Assembly (NCBI GenBank): GCA_040398075.1 | Contig: JBBAUR010000006.1 | Coordinates: 22,318-86,317 of the forward strand | Direction: 5' to 3' | Source: Bdellovibrionota bacterium | GTDB lineage: Bacteria > Bdellovibrionota_C > UBA2361 > OMII01 | DNA length: 64,000 nucleotides | Shown here: piece by piece, positions 19,846 through 29,436 of the stretch | How positions within the stretch are numbered: position 1 is the first letter of the stretch | How the letters are laid out: each line of letters opens with the position of its first letter | The notes under the pieces: generated by a model | The model's input: only the letters and a program-made list of their open reading frames with translations | The model's database searches: none | What the model was told of the DNA's origin: nothing | Made by a program: the position numbers and the translations under genes

Positions 19846-20880
19846 ATGGAATCTCTGGAAGAATGTCTAGACATCCTTGGGTTGGGAGATGGGGCCTCTT
19901 GGGATGAGATCAACACCGCCTACAAAGATCTGATTAGAGTGTGGCATCCAGACCGCTTCCAGACAGATGAGCGCTTGCGCAAGCGAGCCGAAGAGCAAAC
20001 TCGACTACTCAATGCGGCAGTTGAAACGCTTCGTAACGGCTACAAACCAAACAGACCGAAGCCCTCGAAGAGAGCTGCCACTCAACGCCCTGCTCCTCAG
20101 GCACCACCGGAGCGACCGCAGGCCCCTAAAGCAGACCCTGCTTGGCAACAAACCTTTGGCGCTGCCCACCAACATACGACCTTTGTTCCGGCACCCTTCC
20201 TCGTGTATCAGCGTTTCTCGGCCTCCTTCTATCGCATCACCTTTGCTGCGGTCCTGGGTTCCCTCGGTTTGTGGCTATTCCTATTTAATCCTCAGCCGAG
20301 TCGCGAGAAGGCAGCTTTCGGCTGCTTGGTGAGCGTATTTGCAATCCATATTTTCGTCCGCAACACCTTCCTCATGCTGACACGCAGCCCGCTCGTTGTC
20401 ATAGATCGCCGAGGACTCTCGACTATAGAAAGCGGGACTATTTGTTGGTCGGAGTTAGCTCGGATCTGGACAGTCATCCAGGCGCGAACATATTGCCTTG
20501 CGATACGGCTCTCAGATGCGTACCTGAATCGCCAGCCATTTCCATGGCGTTGGATGCTCAGGGTACGCCATATGGTGCGGCAAGCTCATCTGACGATCCC
20601 CGGTAGTGGATTCGATGTGCATCCCAATGATGTCATCCGCGCTATCGACATGCGCCACCTATCTGGGGATGTAGACCTCCGTACGGAAACAAAGCCTGCT
20701 ATCCCTATCTGGGCTCGTATCTCCCGGCTCGTAGCCATGACGGCCGCTGTCATCCCGATTGTGCGGATATTCATGGGGCTCCAGCTTACGCGGTACGAAC
20801 CCCTCATTTACCTGCTCACCTTTGCCATAGGCCAGGCGGCGGCGACTATTGGCACATCCATAAAACCGAGAAAAAGGTGA
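19846..20880 (+). CDS. J-domain (DnaJ-like) membrane protein
   Basis: N-terminal J domain (YKDLIRVWHPDRF...), a Pro-rich linker, then several hydrophobic segments. Confidence 0.7.
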   Translation: MESLEECLDILGLGDGASWDEINTAYKDLIRVWHPDRFQTDERLRKRAEEQTRLLNAAVETLRNGYKPNRPKPSKRAATQRPAPQAPPERPQAPKADPAWQQTFGAAHQHTTFVPAPFLVYQRFSASFYRITFAAVLGSLGLWLFLFNPQPSREKAAFGCLVSVFAIHIFVRNTFLMLTRSPLVVIDRRGLSTIESGTICWSELARIWTVIQARTYCLAIRLSDAYLNRQPFPWRWMLRVRHMVRQAHLTIPGSGFDVHPNDVIRAIDMRHLSGDVDLRTETKPAIPIWARISRLVAMTAAVIPIVRIFMGLQLTRYEPLIYLLTFAIGQAAATIGTSIKPRKR

Positions 20881-20946
20881 GTATAATCGGGGCGGATTGA
20901 AATCGCTTTCGAGTGGGGGTATAAACCATTAGGCCGTATTCCACAC

Positions 20947-21019
20947 GCCACCTTAGCTCAGCTGGTAGAGCATCTCATTCGTAATGAGAGGGTCACGTGT
21001 TCGATTCACGTAGGTGGCT
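20947..21019 (+). tRNA. tRNA-Thr (anticodon CGU)
   Basis: Cloverleaf GCCACCT-TA-GCTC-AGCTGGTA-GAGC-A-TCTCA-TTCGTAA-TGAGA-GGGTC-ACGTG-TTCGATT-CACGT-AGGTGGC-T. Anticodon loop TTCGTAA gives CGT. Closely resembles E. coli thrW. CCA is not encoded. Confidence 0.9.
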
Positions 21020-21046
21020 TACTTAAATCTCACATCAGTGTTTCTC

Positions 21047-21687
21047 ATGAACAGAGTCACTCCTATAGTTTTCCTGTGTACTCTGCTCACGTTCAACGTC
21101 GAAGCTCAGGAGTCAACTCAGCAGCGAATTACGATCGGCGTTCCTACGGCGCTTTCTGGTAGTGCAGCGGCATTTGGCAATGATATCAAGAATGCTTTAA
21201 CAGGCTGCGGAAAAATGGCTTCGTAGCGAGAAATTCGAGGTTTTGGTGATGGCCGAAAGATCGGATTTCGCAGCAGAGGAGCATTTTTCCGCAGCCTGTT
21301 AAGGCTCTGAATAATTTTGGCTACAAAGGCATGCGCCTAGCAATAAGTCTTGATGACGCAAGGGTATCATCTGCAAAAGGATTGCTTGAGGGATTTATCA
21401 TTAGTCGAGCTGCAGAACCGACAAAGGAATTTAGAAGCGCATTTAGACAACGATTCGGAGAGACTTCTGGTTTATCAGCAGAGGGCGGCTATGATGCGGT
21501 CATGCTGCTGGTACAAGCATTGAATCAGGCTGGAGACTTTGACGTTCGACGGGTTAAAGACAAACTACAGCAAGGCTCATATTCGGGAGCAATCGGTGCT
21601 TTTACATTTGATCAGAATAGAGAAGTAGTTCAGGCACCTGAGCTGGTTGTTGTAAGGAAGGGAAAGCTCGAACGATTGTCGAATTAG
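21047..21687 (+). pseudogene. Remnant of a LivK-like branched-chain amino acid ABC transporter substrate-binding protein, with internal deletion and MITE insertion
   Basis: The N-terminal fragment (signal peptide MNRVTPIVFLCTLLTFNVEA...ITIGVPTALSGSAAAFGNDIKNAL) stops inside the MITE. The C-terminal fragment (21331-21687, ...GAIGAFTFDQNREVV..) corresponds to only the last ~110 aa, so the central ~200 aa are missing. Confidence 0.6.
21197..21302. mobile_element. MITE copy 1 (simple form, 106 bp) with 21-bp terminal inverted repeats TTAACAGGCTGCGGAAAAATG
   Basis: Perfect TIR ttaacaggctgcggaaaaatg ... catttttccgcagcctgttaa flanked by TTAA. Homologous to the outer part of the elements at 28314-28528 and 61568-61781. 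Confidence 0.8.
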
Positions 21688-21903
21688 CAGCATTCAACTT
21701 TTGAGTCAGTTTTGTCCCAGTTAAAGAGCCATCTGGCTCTGACGAGGAAACATGCTGCTTTACCCTTCTTATCGAAGGCTTACCCATAAGTTACGTCTAA
21801 GCCAATTCCCGTTCAGTTATTATGAGATCAAGGTTTCTTGGGTGGAAGAGCTGAGCAGTGTGACCTTTCGAGGGTAACCCCACATGAACGAGACTTGGCT
21901 GCG

Positions 21904-22995
21904 CTACGAGAATTCCTTCACCAAAATCCGTTCGAGGATGTCGGTATCTACCTCGATGTCAGAAGCTGAGTCTACCTGAGTTTCAACTGACCGATATCTA
22001 TGTTTCGATATCGGCATGAGCACTTCGTAGCAATTACACGAATCTCTTTTTTGAAACGGAAACAGCTCTACTACAAGAGAGGCCTCCTCCATAAAGAGGG
22101 TATGAGTCATACCTGAACCGTGAGGAGCAACAACCGCATTTGCTCGCGACGCAATCCGCAGTTGATCGGTAAAAGTGAAGTCTTCGAAGAAAATGGTCTC
22201 GAATCGAAACTTACTGAGCAGGCCCTGTACTTCACTGAAATTGGTAATTCTGCGAAACGTTGCCGTGGGCTTACGAGGAATAAAAATTCTCTTAGGCGAA
22301 CTAGTCAACGGAGAATCTGAAATGACGTCGCGGTAGTATTGTCTGAGTTTTTCCAACAGTGGAAAGTTCTTGTGAGCATGGAAACCTGCGAAATAGGTTG
22401 GTATGTAAAGGTAATCGGCAAGTACGATATTTGTTGTGTGTTCCTCTATACGATAGGAGTTAATTCCGAGGAGTTCGAGACTTACGCGAGCCCACGGTGT
22501 CATAACCCTTGGTGGAATAAGATAAACACCCGTATATCCCGTGGCCTCTGCGAGGACGACCTTAGGGAGAGAATCCGTAATCCAGTGCCAGAAGCAGTAA
22601 CAGCAGGGGGAAATCAATGAGACAACGTGCGGGAGGTGCTTATTCGTATTCGGAGCGGGGGTGTGAGCATGGACGGTACAGAGATTGACCATCACCTCCC
22701 TAGCGTTCTGGCTACCGTAGTTCTGTTCCTTCAGGAGCTGCGTCTCTGACGAGAGAAGGGTCCCGCTGGCCCCGAATACCACACCGCCAGGCAGCGCGAA
22801 GAGGCCGTAGGGAAAAGCTCCGTAAATATCGTCACACAGTTGGCCCCGATAAGCCTGTGCTTCATAAAACGAGACACCCGCAACGTCTTTGACTGAGATC
22901 TGAGCATCGAGCATATTACTCAATGCACCAAACTGCTCCCTCAACGATCTGCTCAGCTCCGTATCGGGAAGACTTGTTTGTGTATCGTTTTCCAT
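21904..22995 (-). CDS. Glycosyltransferase family 61 / DUF563 protein
   Basis: CYCFWHWITDSLP (HWxxD/E motif of GT61/DUF563) and overall length match. Coding GC looks lower than the backbone. Confidence 0.7.
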   Translation of the reverse strand: MENDTQTSLPDTELSRSLREQFGALSNMLDAQISVKDVAGVSFYEAQAYRGQLCDDIYGAFPYGLFALPGGVVFGASGTLLSSETQLLKEQNYGSQNAREVMVNLCTVHAHTPAPNTNKHLPHVVSLISPCCYCFWHWITDSLPKVVLAEATGYTGVYLIPPRVMTPWARVSLELLGINSYRIEEHTTNIVLADYLYIPTYFAGFHAHKNFPLLEKLRQYYRDVISDSPLTSSPKRIFIPRKPTATFRRITNFSEVQGLLSKFRFETIFFEDFTFTDQLRIASRANAVVAPHGSGMTHTLFMEEASLVVELFPFQKRDSCNCYEVLMPISKHRYRSVETQVDSASDIEVDTDILERILVKEFS

Positions 22996-23309
22996 CTCTC
23001 TAAAGCGTTAGCGATGCCAGAAATTCCAGCCGTACAACAGCCCTCGGGGGTTTAGATGGAGATCCATCGCTAATGGGTTCGAAATCTCATTAGCTTACCT
23101 GTAACGCCTTGTATCTCCTGTATAAAAGGTGGTGCTTTGAATACAATGCATTTCCGCCTTTAGCGTGGGTAAGCAACAGGGGATTGCGCAAGGAGGCTAT
23201 CAATCTTGCACACCCTAACCTCGGAAGAACCCTGTTATTTCTGTGGCGGTGAAATTGCGCAGGGCCTAACATACTAGAAACAACTTGCTGGCATCTTGAA
23301 CAGGGTAGG

Positions 23310-24533
23310 ATGAAAAAAGATTGCATCATCGTTGGTGGCGGGCTGGTTGGCCTGAGTACGGCCTATCATTTCTTACTCGCGCGCCCAGGTTCGTCCGTGT
23401 GCGTGCTCGAGAAGGACTCGAGAGTTGCCAACCATCAGAGCACGCGTAACTCCGGTGTCATCCACACGGGTGTTTATTACAAGCCAGGCTCCTATAAGGC
23501 TCAACTCTGTATAAAAGGAAGGCTTGCTCTTCTCGAGTTTGCGGCGCTACACAACATTCCTCATTCAATCTGCGGCAAGCTCATCGTTGCTACAACGCCT
23601 GCGGAGATGGACCAACTAACTGCCTTGCATGCCCGAGGTCAGACGAATCACGTGCGAGTACAGTTACTCTCACCAGATCAAATGAAGGAGAAGGAACCGT
23701 TTGTCACAGGACTTGGTGCCATGTGGGTTCCCGATGCAGGGGTGATTGATTTCAGAGGGCTTGCCGAAGCTCTCGTCGAGCAGATCCGACTCCTGGGAGG
23801 TGAGGTTTTAACTGGTGCGCAGGTCTTATCTGCCTCTCGAGCCGGAGAGGAGTGGCGCCTCTCGGGCACATTTTCGGACCTTACATCCTCGTCTGTTGTC
23901 AACTGCGCGGGCCTATACTCCGACCGCATCGCACGCCTCTTCGGAGAACGCCCACACGGACGTATCGTTCCATTCCGTGGCGAATACTATGTTCTCAAAG
24001 AGTCAGCGCGAAAACTCTGTAGTGCTTTGATTTATCCCGTGCCAGATCAGCGTTTTCCCTTTCTCGGTGTTCACTTCACACGACGATTTGATGGCTCTGT
24101 GGAGTGTGGGCCGAATGCAGTCCCCGCCTTTACGCGAGAGGGGTATTCATGGGGAAAATTTAATTTTGCAGATCTCTCCGATATGTTGGGTTTTTCCGGA
24201 TTTAGGCGTCTGGCACGACGTCATTGGCGGATGGGAGCCGCTGAGATGTATCGTTCTCTTTTCAAGAGCGCATTCGTCAAAGCTCTTCAGAAGCTCGTAC
24301 CAGCGGTAACTGGGGATGACCTCGCTCCGGGCGACGCGGGAGTAAGGGCACAGCTTGTCCAGCCCGTAGGCGAATTGGAGCAAGACTTTGCATTTTCGGA
24401 GTCGCCAGGAGCTTTACACGTACTTAATGCACCATCTCCTGCCGCCACTAGTTGTCTCGCAATTGGAGAGGAGATAATTCGACGAATCCTGGGCGACGGG
24501 AGGGGCAGCGCGACAGGCATAGCTAGCCGATAA
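23310..24533 (+). CDS. lhgO: L-2-hydroxyglutarate oxidase (FAD-dependent)
   Basis: FAD-binding N-terminus CIIVGGGLVGLSTAY. ...NSGVIHTGVYYKPGSYKA... and full-length similarity to LhgO/YgaF. Confidence 0.8.
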   Translation: MKKDCIIVGGGLVGLSTAYHFLLARPGSSVCVLEKDSRVANHQSTRNSGVIHTGVYYKPGSYKAQLCIKGRLALLEFAALHNIPHSICGKLIVATTPAEMDQLTALHARGQTNHVRVQLLSPDQMKEKEPFVTGLGAMWVPDAGVIDFRGLAEALVEQIRLLGGEVLTGAQVLSASRAGEEWRLSGTFSDLTSSSVVNCAGLYSDRIARLFGERPHGRIVPFRGEYYVLKESARKLCSALIYPVPDQRFPFLGVHFTRRFDGSVECGPNAVPAFTREGYSWGKFNFADLSDMLGFSGFRRLARRHWRMGAAEMYRSLFKSAFVKALQKLVPAVTGDDLAPGDAGVRAQLVQPVGELEQDFAFSESPGALHVLNAPSPAATSCLAIGEEIIRRILGDGRGSATGIASR

Positions 24534-24719
24534 ATTTATGCGCATAGTTCATTTGAGTGGAGTTCGAGGACAACAGCCCAAATGTCGTGTACATGTGTTC
24601 CAGTTAGAACCCTCGGAAGATTCGTTGGGGAGGTGAGCCAAAACCTACCTGTTGCGAGAAAGTAGAGCTTCAAACTGATATTCGATTTCCTTAGCAGGGA
24701 GGGGTTTTGCCTCGCTTCC

Positions 24720-26312
24720 CTAGCGACGGGCTCGGACACAGGCTCGAATCGTATCAACCATATATTCGAGCATAGAAGGCTTGAGGCCTGGATAGACACC
24801 CAACCAAAACGAATTATGCAAAACTCGATCAGACTCAGACAGATCGCCGATTGTTCGGTATCCTGTACCAGTACCTCTCAGATCATCGAATAGTGGATGT
24901 CTGAGGATGTTGCCGGCGAACAACATTCGTGTCTGTATTCCCTTTGTTTCCAAATATTCCACTACGGAGCCACGACCAATCGAACATCCGTCCCTCAAAG
25001 TAAGAATAAATCCGAACCAGCTCGGCTCGCTCTCAGGCGTCGCAGATGGTAAAATGAAAATATCTTCGAGATCACTCAAGGCATTCCGCAGAAAATTCCA
25101 GTTTCGTTTTCGTGCAGCCACGAATTGATCGAGCTTTCCAAGCTGGGCGCAACCGATAGCCGCTTGCAGATCGGTTACCTTGAGGTTGTAGCCAAAATGA
25201 CGGTAAATGTATTTGTGGTCATACCCACGAGGAAGAGTTCCCAGTTGCTGGTCGAAGCGGATGCCGCATGTATTGTCCTTTCCTGATGCGCACCAGCAGT
25301 CTCGCCCCCAGTCCCTGAGCGATTCAACGATTCGCTTGAACTTTACACTCGTAGAATACACTGCCCCGCCTTCGCCCATCGTCATGTGGTGCGGCGGGTA
25401 AAAGCTACTAGTGGCTAGGTCCCCGAAGGTACCCGTCAACTGCCCCCGATATCGCGACCCAAGCGCATCACAGTTGTCTTCAATAAGGTATAGGTTGTTC
25501 CGTTTACAAAAATCAGCAACCTTCCCGAGATCAAATGGATTGCCTAACGTATGCGCGAGCATAACGGCTCGGGTTTTGGCAGAAAGCGCCTGCTCGAGCT
25601 GAGACACGTCTATGTTATACGTTCCATCATCGACAGTTATGTCTACAAATACCGGCACACAGCCATTCTGCAAGATTGGGTTGATCGTCGTTGGGAATCC
25701 CGCTGCTACCGTTATTACCTCATCGCCCGGCCGTATCCGTCTATCCTTGAGAAGCGGGGACGTCAGTGTGGTAAAGGCAAGCAGATTGGCTGAGGAGCCG
25801 GAATTCGTCAGGCATGCAAAGCGCACTCCAAGCTTCTGCGCAAAATCGCTCTCGAATCGCTCCGAAAAACGACCCGACGTAAGCCAAAAGTCCAGAGATG
25901 CCTCGGTCAGGAGCTCCATTTCCGAGTGGTCAAACACCCGCCCAGCATACGGAACGCGGTCACCAGGCGCAAATTCCTGACTGGCTATGACTTCGTGAAC
26001 TTGGCGATAGTACCTGGCCACTCCACTCTGAACCACTGAGCGCAAAATGACATCGAGAACGCTCTGAGTGGTGCGGAGGTCTGTTGGTACCAAACTTCCC
26101 CCGTCGATATCGATAATCTTTCGGGGGTCATAAGCGAAGCTCGTTACACCGTCTGAACACACGAATGAGTTTCGATTGTCTTGGTGATCAGTACTATCAG
26201 ACAACAAAAGAATAGTTTCGACTATGCATTCGTCTAGTTGCCCGATTACGATGTAATGGCGGCTAGGCTTAGAGTTGGCCTCTCGCACTATACAGCCAAT
26301 CAAGTCCCTCAT
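24720..26312 (-). CDS. rfbH: CDP-6-deoxy-D-xylo-4-hexulose-3-dehydrase (RfbH/DdhC/AscC-like, DegT family)
   Basis: PMP-dependent DegT fold with RfbH-specific stretches [25 protein letters not shown] and N-terminal [31 protein letters not shown]. The track ORF has about 90 extra N-terminal codons; the true start is probably near 26034-26045 (TTG/GTG). Confidence 0.8.
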   Translation of the reverse strand: MRDLIGCIVREANSKPSRHYIVIGQLDECIVETILLLSDSTDHQDNRNSFVCSDGVTSFAYDPRKIIDIDGGSLVPTDLRTTQSVLDVILRSVVQSGVARYYRQVHEVIASQEFAPGDRVPYAGRVFDHSEMELLTEASLDFWLTSGRFSERFESDFAQKLGVRFACLTNSGSSANLLAFTTLTSPLLKDRRIRPGDEVITVAAGFPTTINPILQNGCVPVFVDITVDDGTYNIDVSQLEQALSAKTRAVMLAHTLGNPFDLGKVADFCKRNNLYLIEDNCDALGSRYRGQLTGTFGDLATSSFYPPHHMTMGEGGAVYSTSVKFKRIVESLRDWGRDCWCASGKDNTCGIRFDQQLGTLPRGYDHKYIYRHFGYNLKVTDLQAAIGCAQLGKLDQFVAARKRNWNFLRNALSDLEDIFILPSATPESEPSWFGFILTLRDGCSIGRGSVVEYLETKGIQTRMLFAGNILRHPLFDDLRGTGTGYRTIGDLSESDRVLHNSFWLGVYPGLKPSMLEYMVDTIRACVRARR

Positions 26313-27406
26313 TCCTCGGTCTCACTTCCTGCTAGACGCTCAAAGTCCTCTATTTGACCGAGCGTAGTTGATTGAGCAGTAGCAGTATTAGTAAGCACTT
26401 CCCTGTACCAAACTGCCGTCCATCTCAAAGCTTCCTCCACACTAAGTCGCGTATGCCAATTGAGCAATTGATTTGCTTTAGAGGCATCGATTCGAAGGGT
26501 TAGAGTTTCGTGCGGATGATCACTTGAATCATAGGTCCATGGACAGACCTTTCCGTAATGGTGCGAGAACGTGTCGAGCAGCCAACCAACCGGCTTTTGA
26601 GCAGAGGTTGGCGGCCCGAAATTCCACGCACCTGCCTTGGAGTGGTCCTTGTTGGCAAGCCGCTCGGCTAGAACGATGTACCCATGGAGTGCATCGAGAA
26701 CGTGCTGCCAGGGACGAATAGCCTCGGGATTTCGAACTGAAAGCGGCACGCCGTTCGTTATGGAGCGGATAAAATCGGGAATGATGCGATCGCGGCTCCA
26801 GTCGCCCCCACCAATAACGTTTCCCGCACGGGCGGTTGCGAGCAATGCGGATTCCGTTCCCTTGAAAAAGGAGCTACGGTAGGCCGCCGTCACGAGTTCG
26901 GAGCACGCCTTACTGGCACTGTATGGGTCAGAGCCTCCCAACGGCTCCCCCTCTCGGTAGCCCCACAAAAGCTCTCGATTCTCATAGCACTTGTCGGTCG
27001 TGACGTTTACGACAGTGGTGACGCTCGGGCAGGCCCGTACTGCGTCGAGGAGATTCACGGTTCCTAACACATTCGTCTCGAATGTTTCGACAGGCTGCTG
27101 ATACGAATACCTTACGAGGGCTTGGGCTGCCATGTGGACTACGACCTCTGGCTTGAAGTCATTCAGGTATGCGGTCAGAGCTTCACGATTTCGGATGTCT
27201 TCGAGGAGGGAACTCTCCATGACAGCCGATACGTCGCAGAGCTGATAGAAGCTTGGCTGACCTGAGTCAGGTGCGAGACCATACCCACCGACGCGAGCCC
27301 CAGCCTGCGCTAGCCACAGACACAACCATCCGCCCTTAAACCCTGTGTGCCCTGTTACCAGGACTTTCTTTCCCACCCAATACTTTCGGTTCATGCGTCG
27401 CTTCAA
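26309..27406 (-). CDS. rfbG: CDP-glucose 4,6-dehydratase
   Basis: [19 protein letters not shown] Rossmann N-terminus, catalytic SDR YSASK, and full-length match to RfbG/DdhB. Confidence 0.9.
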   Translation of the reverse strand: MKRRMNRKYWVGKKVLVTGHTGFKGGWLCLWLAQAGARVGGYGLAPDSGQPSFYQLCDVSAVMESSLLEDIRNREALTAYLNDFKPEVVVHMAAQALVRYSYQQPVETFETNVLGTVNLLDAVRACPSVTTVVNVTTDKCYENRELLWGYREGEPLGGSDPYSASKACSELVTAAYRSSFFKGTESALLATARAGNVIGGGDWSRDRIIPDFIRSITNGVPLSVRNPEAIRPWQHVLDALHGYIVLAERLANKDHSKAGAWNFGPPTSAQKPVGWLLDTFSHHYGKVCPWTYDSSDHPHETLTLRIDASKANQLLNWHTRLSVEEALRWTAVWYREVLTNTATAQSTTLGQIEDFERLAGSETEE

Positions 27407-28193
27407 CCTCGATAGTCAGCCCCTCTTGTATCTTCCACGGGGCCTCTCCATTGGTCCACAATTGCTCGAGAAGGCGAAGATCGCGCAGCGTATCCATGCA
27501 CTGCCAGAAACCATTGTGTTTGAAACCCATCAACTGTCCATCTCGTGCTAAATTGTGAAGGGGGTCTTGCTCAAAGGGCGTGTCATCATCGTGAATGTAA
27601 GAGGCTACCCGTGTATCAAGAACAAAAAATCCTCCGTTAATCCAGCCCTCTCCTCCTAGCGGCTTCTCTTGGAATGAATGTACGGTGTCCCCCTCGAATC
27701 GTAGCGCGCCGAAGCGTGCAGGTGGGGTGACCGCGGTAATAGTTGCCAATTTTCCGTGCGCCCGATGAAAGGCGAGTAGCTCTCTGATGTTAACATTTGA
27801 GAGTCCATCACCATACGTCATCATTATGGTACCTGGGCCGACGTATTCACATACTCGCCTTACACGTCCTCCTGTGTGAGTGGTAGCTCCAGTATCAAGC
27901 AGATCAACCTTCCAAGACTCAGCCCACCGCTTGGTTGGCACGACGGCTCCGGTAGCCAAATCAATCGATAGGTCGCTTGCAAGCTGACAATACTTCAGGA
28001 AGTACTCCTTTATTACTTCCCCCTTATACCCCAGCGCCACTACGAACTCATCGAATCCATGAGCTGCATAGAGCTTCATGATGTGCCACAACATGGGCTT
28101 GCCGCCTATTTCGACCATGGGCTTCGGCCTCGTGCCGGTCTCTTCACTGAGCCGGGTTCCGAGACCGCCTGCTAGAATACATACTTTTGGCTG
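27336..28193 (-). CDS. rfbF: Glucose-1-phosphate cytidylyltransferase
   Basis: MQPKVCILAGGLGTRLSEETGTRPKPMVEIGGKPMLWHIM is the RfbF/DdhA N-terminus. Start set at this Met. The 3' end overlaps rfbG. Confidence 0.9.
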   Translation of the reverse strand, partial: QPKVCILAGGLGTRLSEETGTRPKPMVEIGGKPMLWHIMKLYAAHGFDEFVVALGYKGEVIKEYFLKYCQLASDLSIDLATGAVVPTKRWAESWKVDLLDTGATTHTGGRVRRVCEYVGPGTIMMTYGDGLSNVNIRELLAFHRAHGKLATITAVTPPARFGALRFEGDTVHSFQEKPLGGEGWINGGFFVLDTRVASYIHDDDTPFEQDPLHNLARDGQLMGFKHNGFWQCMDTLRDLRLLEQLWTNGEAPWKIQEGLTIEVEATHEPKVLGGKESPGNRAHRV

Positions 28194-28313
28194 CATAAGT
28201 ACCTTCCAGTCCAGAGTTGGTGCTTCCTGCAACCCATTCGGTTGTAGGGATCTTTGGATGTGCACCTGCCAACTTATGAAGATGATTCAGCGCTTAAAAA
28301 GGTTTCAAGATTT

Positions 28314-28528
28314 TTAACAGGCTGCGGAAGAATGGCTTCTTCGCGAGAAATTCGAGGTTTTGGTGATGGGTGAGGATGAGAGCGCGAAAAAACCGCGGGT
28401 GTATCCACGACTCGACTACTGCTCGCCGAAGTCTGCAATACATTGAGGATTTTTTCGCGCTCTCATCCTCGACCAGCGCCGAAAGATCGAATTTCGCAGC
28501 AGAAGAGCATTTTTCCGCAACCTGTTAA
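28314..28528. mobile_element. Composite MITE copy 2: outer 106-bp element carrying a nested ~110-bp second MITE (TIR GAGGATGAGAGCGCGAAAAAA)
   Basis: Outer TIRs ttaacaggctgcggaagaatg...catttttccgcaacctgttaa. Internal IR gatgagagcgcgaaaaaa...ttttttcgcgctctcatc. Same orientation as copy 1 and inverted relative to copy 3. Confidence 0.8.
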
Positions 28529-29421
28529 GGTACTTTGTGGCTCCCCCGCTTCTCCAACTCTATGAGCTCTCGGAGTCCAGAGCTAAGGTCGGTCAGCGGA
28601 ACCCAGCCAAAGCGTGACAAAGCCTCTAGGTCCGCTTTCGAGCAAGAGATCTCATCCGCTCGGTCAGGTAGTTCACCAAAGCGTAGTTCACTACTACTCC
28701 CGGCAAGCGATTTGATACGTTCCACTACGTCTCGAAGCGCTGTTGGTACTCCGGTCCCAACATCAATCGATGTAAAGCCTCGAGATAGAGAGGAGCGCTG
28801 TTCAATGACGGCTCGAAATGCTCGGGCTGCATCTTTCACATGAATAAAGTCGCGAAGCTGGGAACCCGTTGTCAAGGCAATAGAGGGGGCTTCATGTACA
28901 AGTTGTTTGACTATGCTTGGGATGAATTTAGAGGGGCTGTCTGAGGGGCCGTAGAGGTGCTCTAGTCGCATGTTTACTACCGTTAGCCGAGTGTCGAGCA
29001 TAGCGAGTAATGCTACGGAAGCTCTCTTCGTCTCTCGGTAAGCCGCGAGATACTCATACGAAGTCGAGGCTTTACAGAAAAAGGTGTCGATATGAATGAA
29101 CAAAGCTTCAGGAGTAGAGAGGAGAGTCTCGGCAAGACGCAAGGGTAGCAGCGTATTTGTTTCAAGGGTTTCGGCAAGGCTTTCGTCACGTCCATAAGCA
29201 ACTGCCGCATTAATCACCACATGAGCGCCAACGCGTCCTATGAGAGCGGGTAGCTCTCGAGCTTCGCACTCTATTATTTCTACCTCCTGCGAGACTGAGG
29301 TCAACCGAGCTAAAGTCGAACCTGGTCGGCAGCAGGCCACCACCTTATAGCTCGAGGCAAGCTCACCAACGATATGACTTCCGAGAAAACCTGCGGCTCC
29401 AACAACCAGAACGGTATGCAC
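28525..29421 (-). CDS. NAD-dependent sugar epimerase/reductase (SDR family); CDP-deoxyhexose 4-reductase-like
   Basis: N-terminal Rossmann motif VLVVGAAGFLGSHIV and the SDR catalytic region. About 298 aa, similar to CDP-abequose/paratose synthase-type enzymes. Its TAA stop lies within the TTAA terminus of MITE copy 2. Confidence 0.7.
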   Translation of the reverse strand: MHTVLVVGAAGFLGSHIVGELASSYKVVACCRPGSTLARLTSVSQEVEIIECEARELPALIGRVGAHVVINAAVAYGRDESLAETLETNTLLPLRLAETLLSTPEALFIHIDTFFCKASTSYEYLAAYRETKRASVALLAMLDTRLTVVNMRLEHLYGPSDSPSKFIPSIVKQLVHEAPSIALTTGSQLRDFIHVKDAARAFRAVIEQRSSLSRGFTSIDVGTGVPTALRDVVERIKSLAGSSSELRFGELPDRADEISCSKADLEALSRFGWVPLTDLSSGLRELIELEKRGSHKVP

Positions 29422-29436
29422 GATTAGTTCTCCTGG

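Noticed and set aside
27336-27406. 70-nt overlap between rfbF and rfbG as a possible frameshift or fusion
   Set aside because: Both proteins are full length in separate frames. rfbG may start at the downstream MNRKYW Met, reducing the overlap. No evidence of a fused product.
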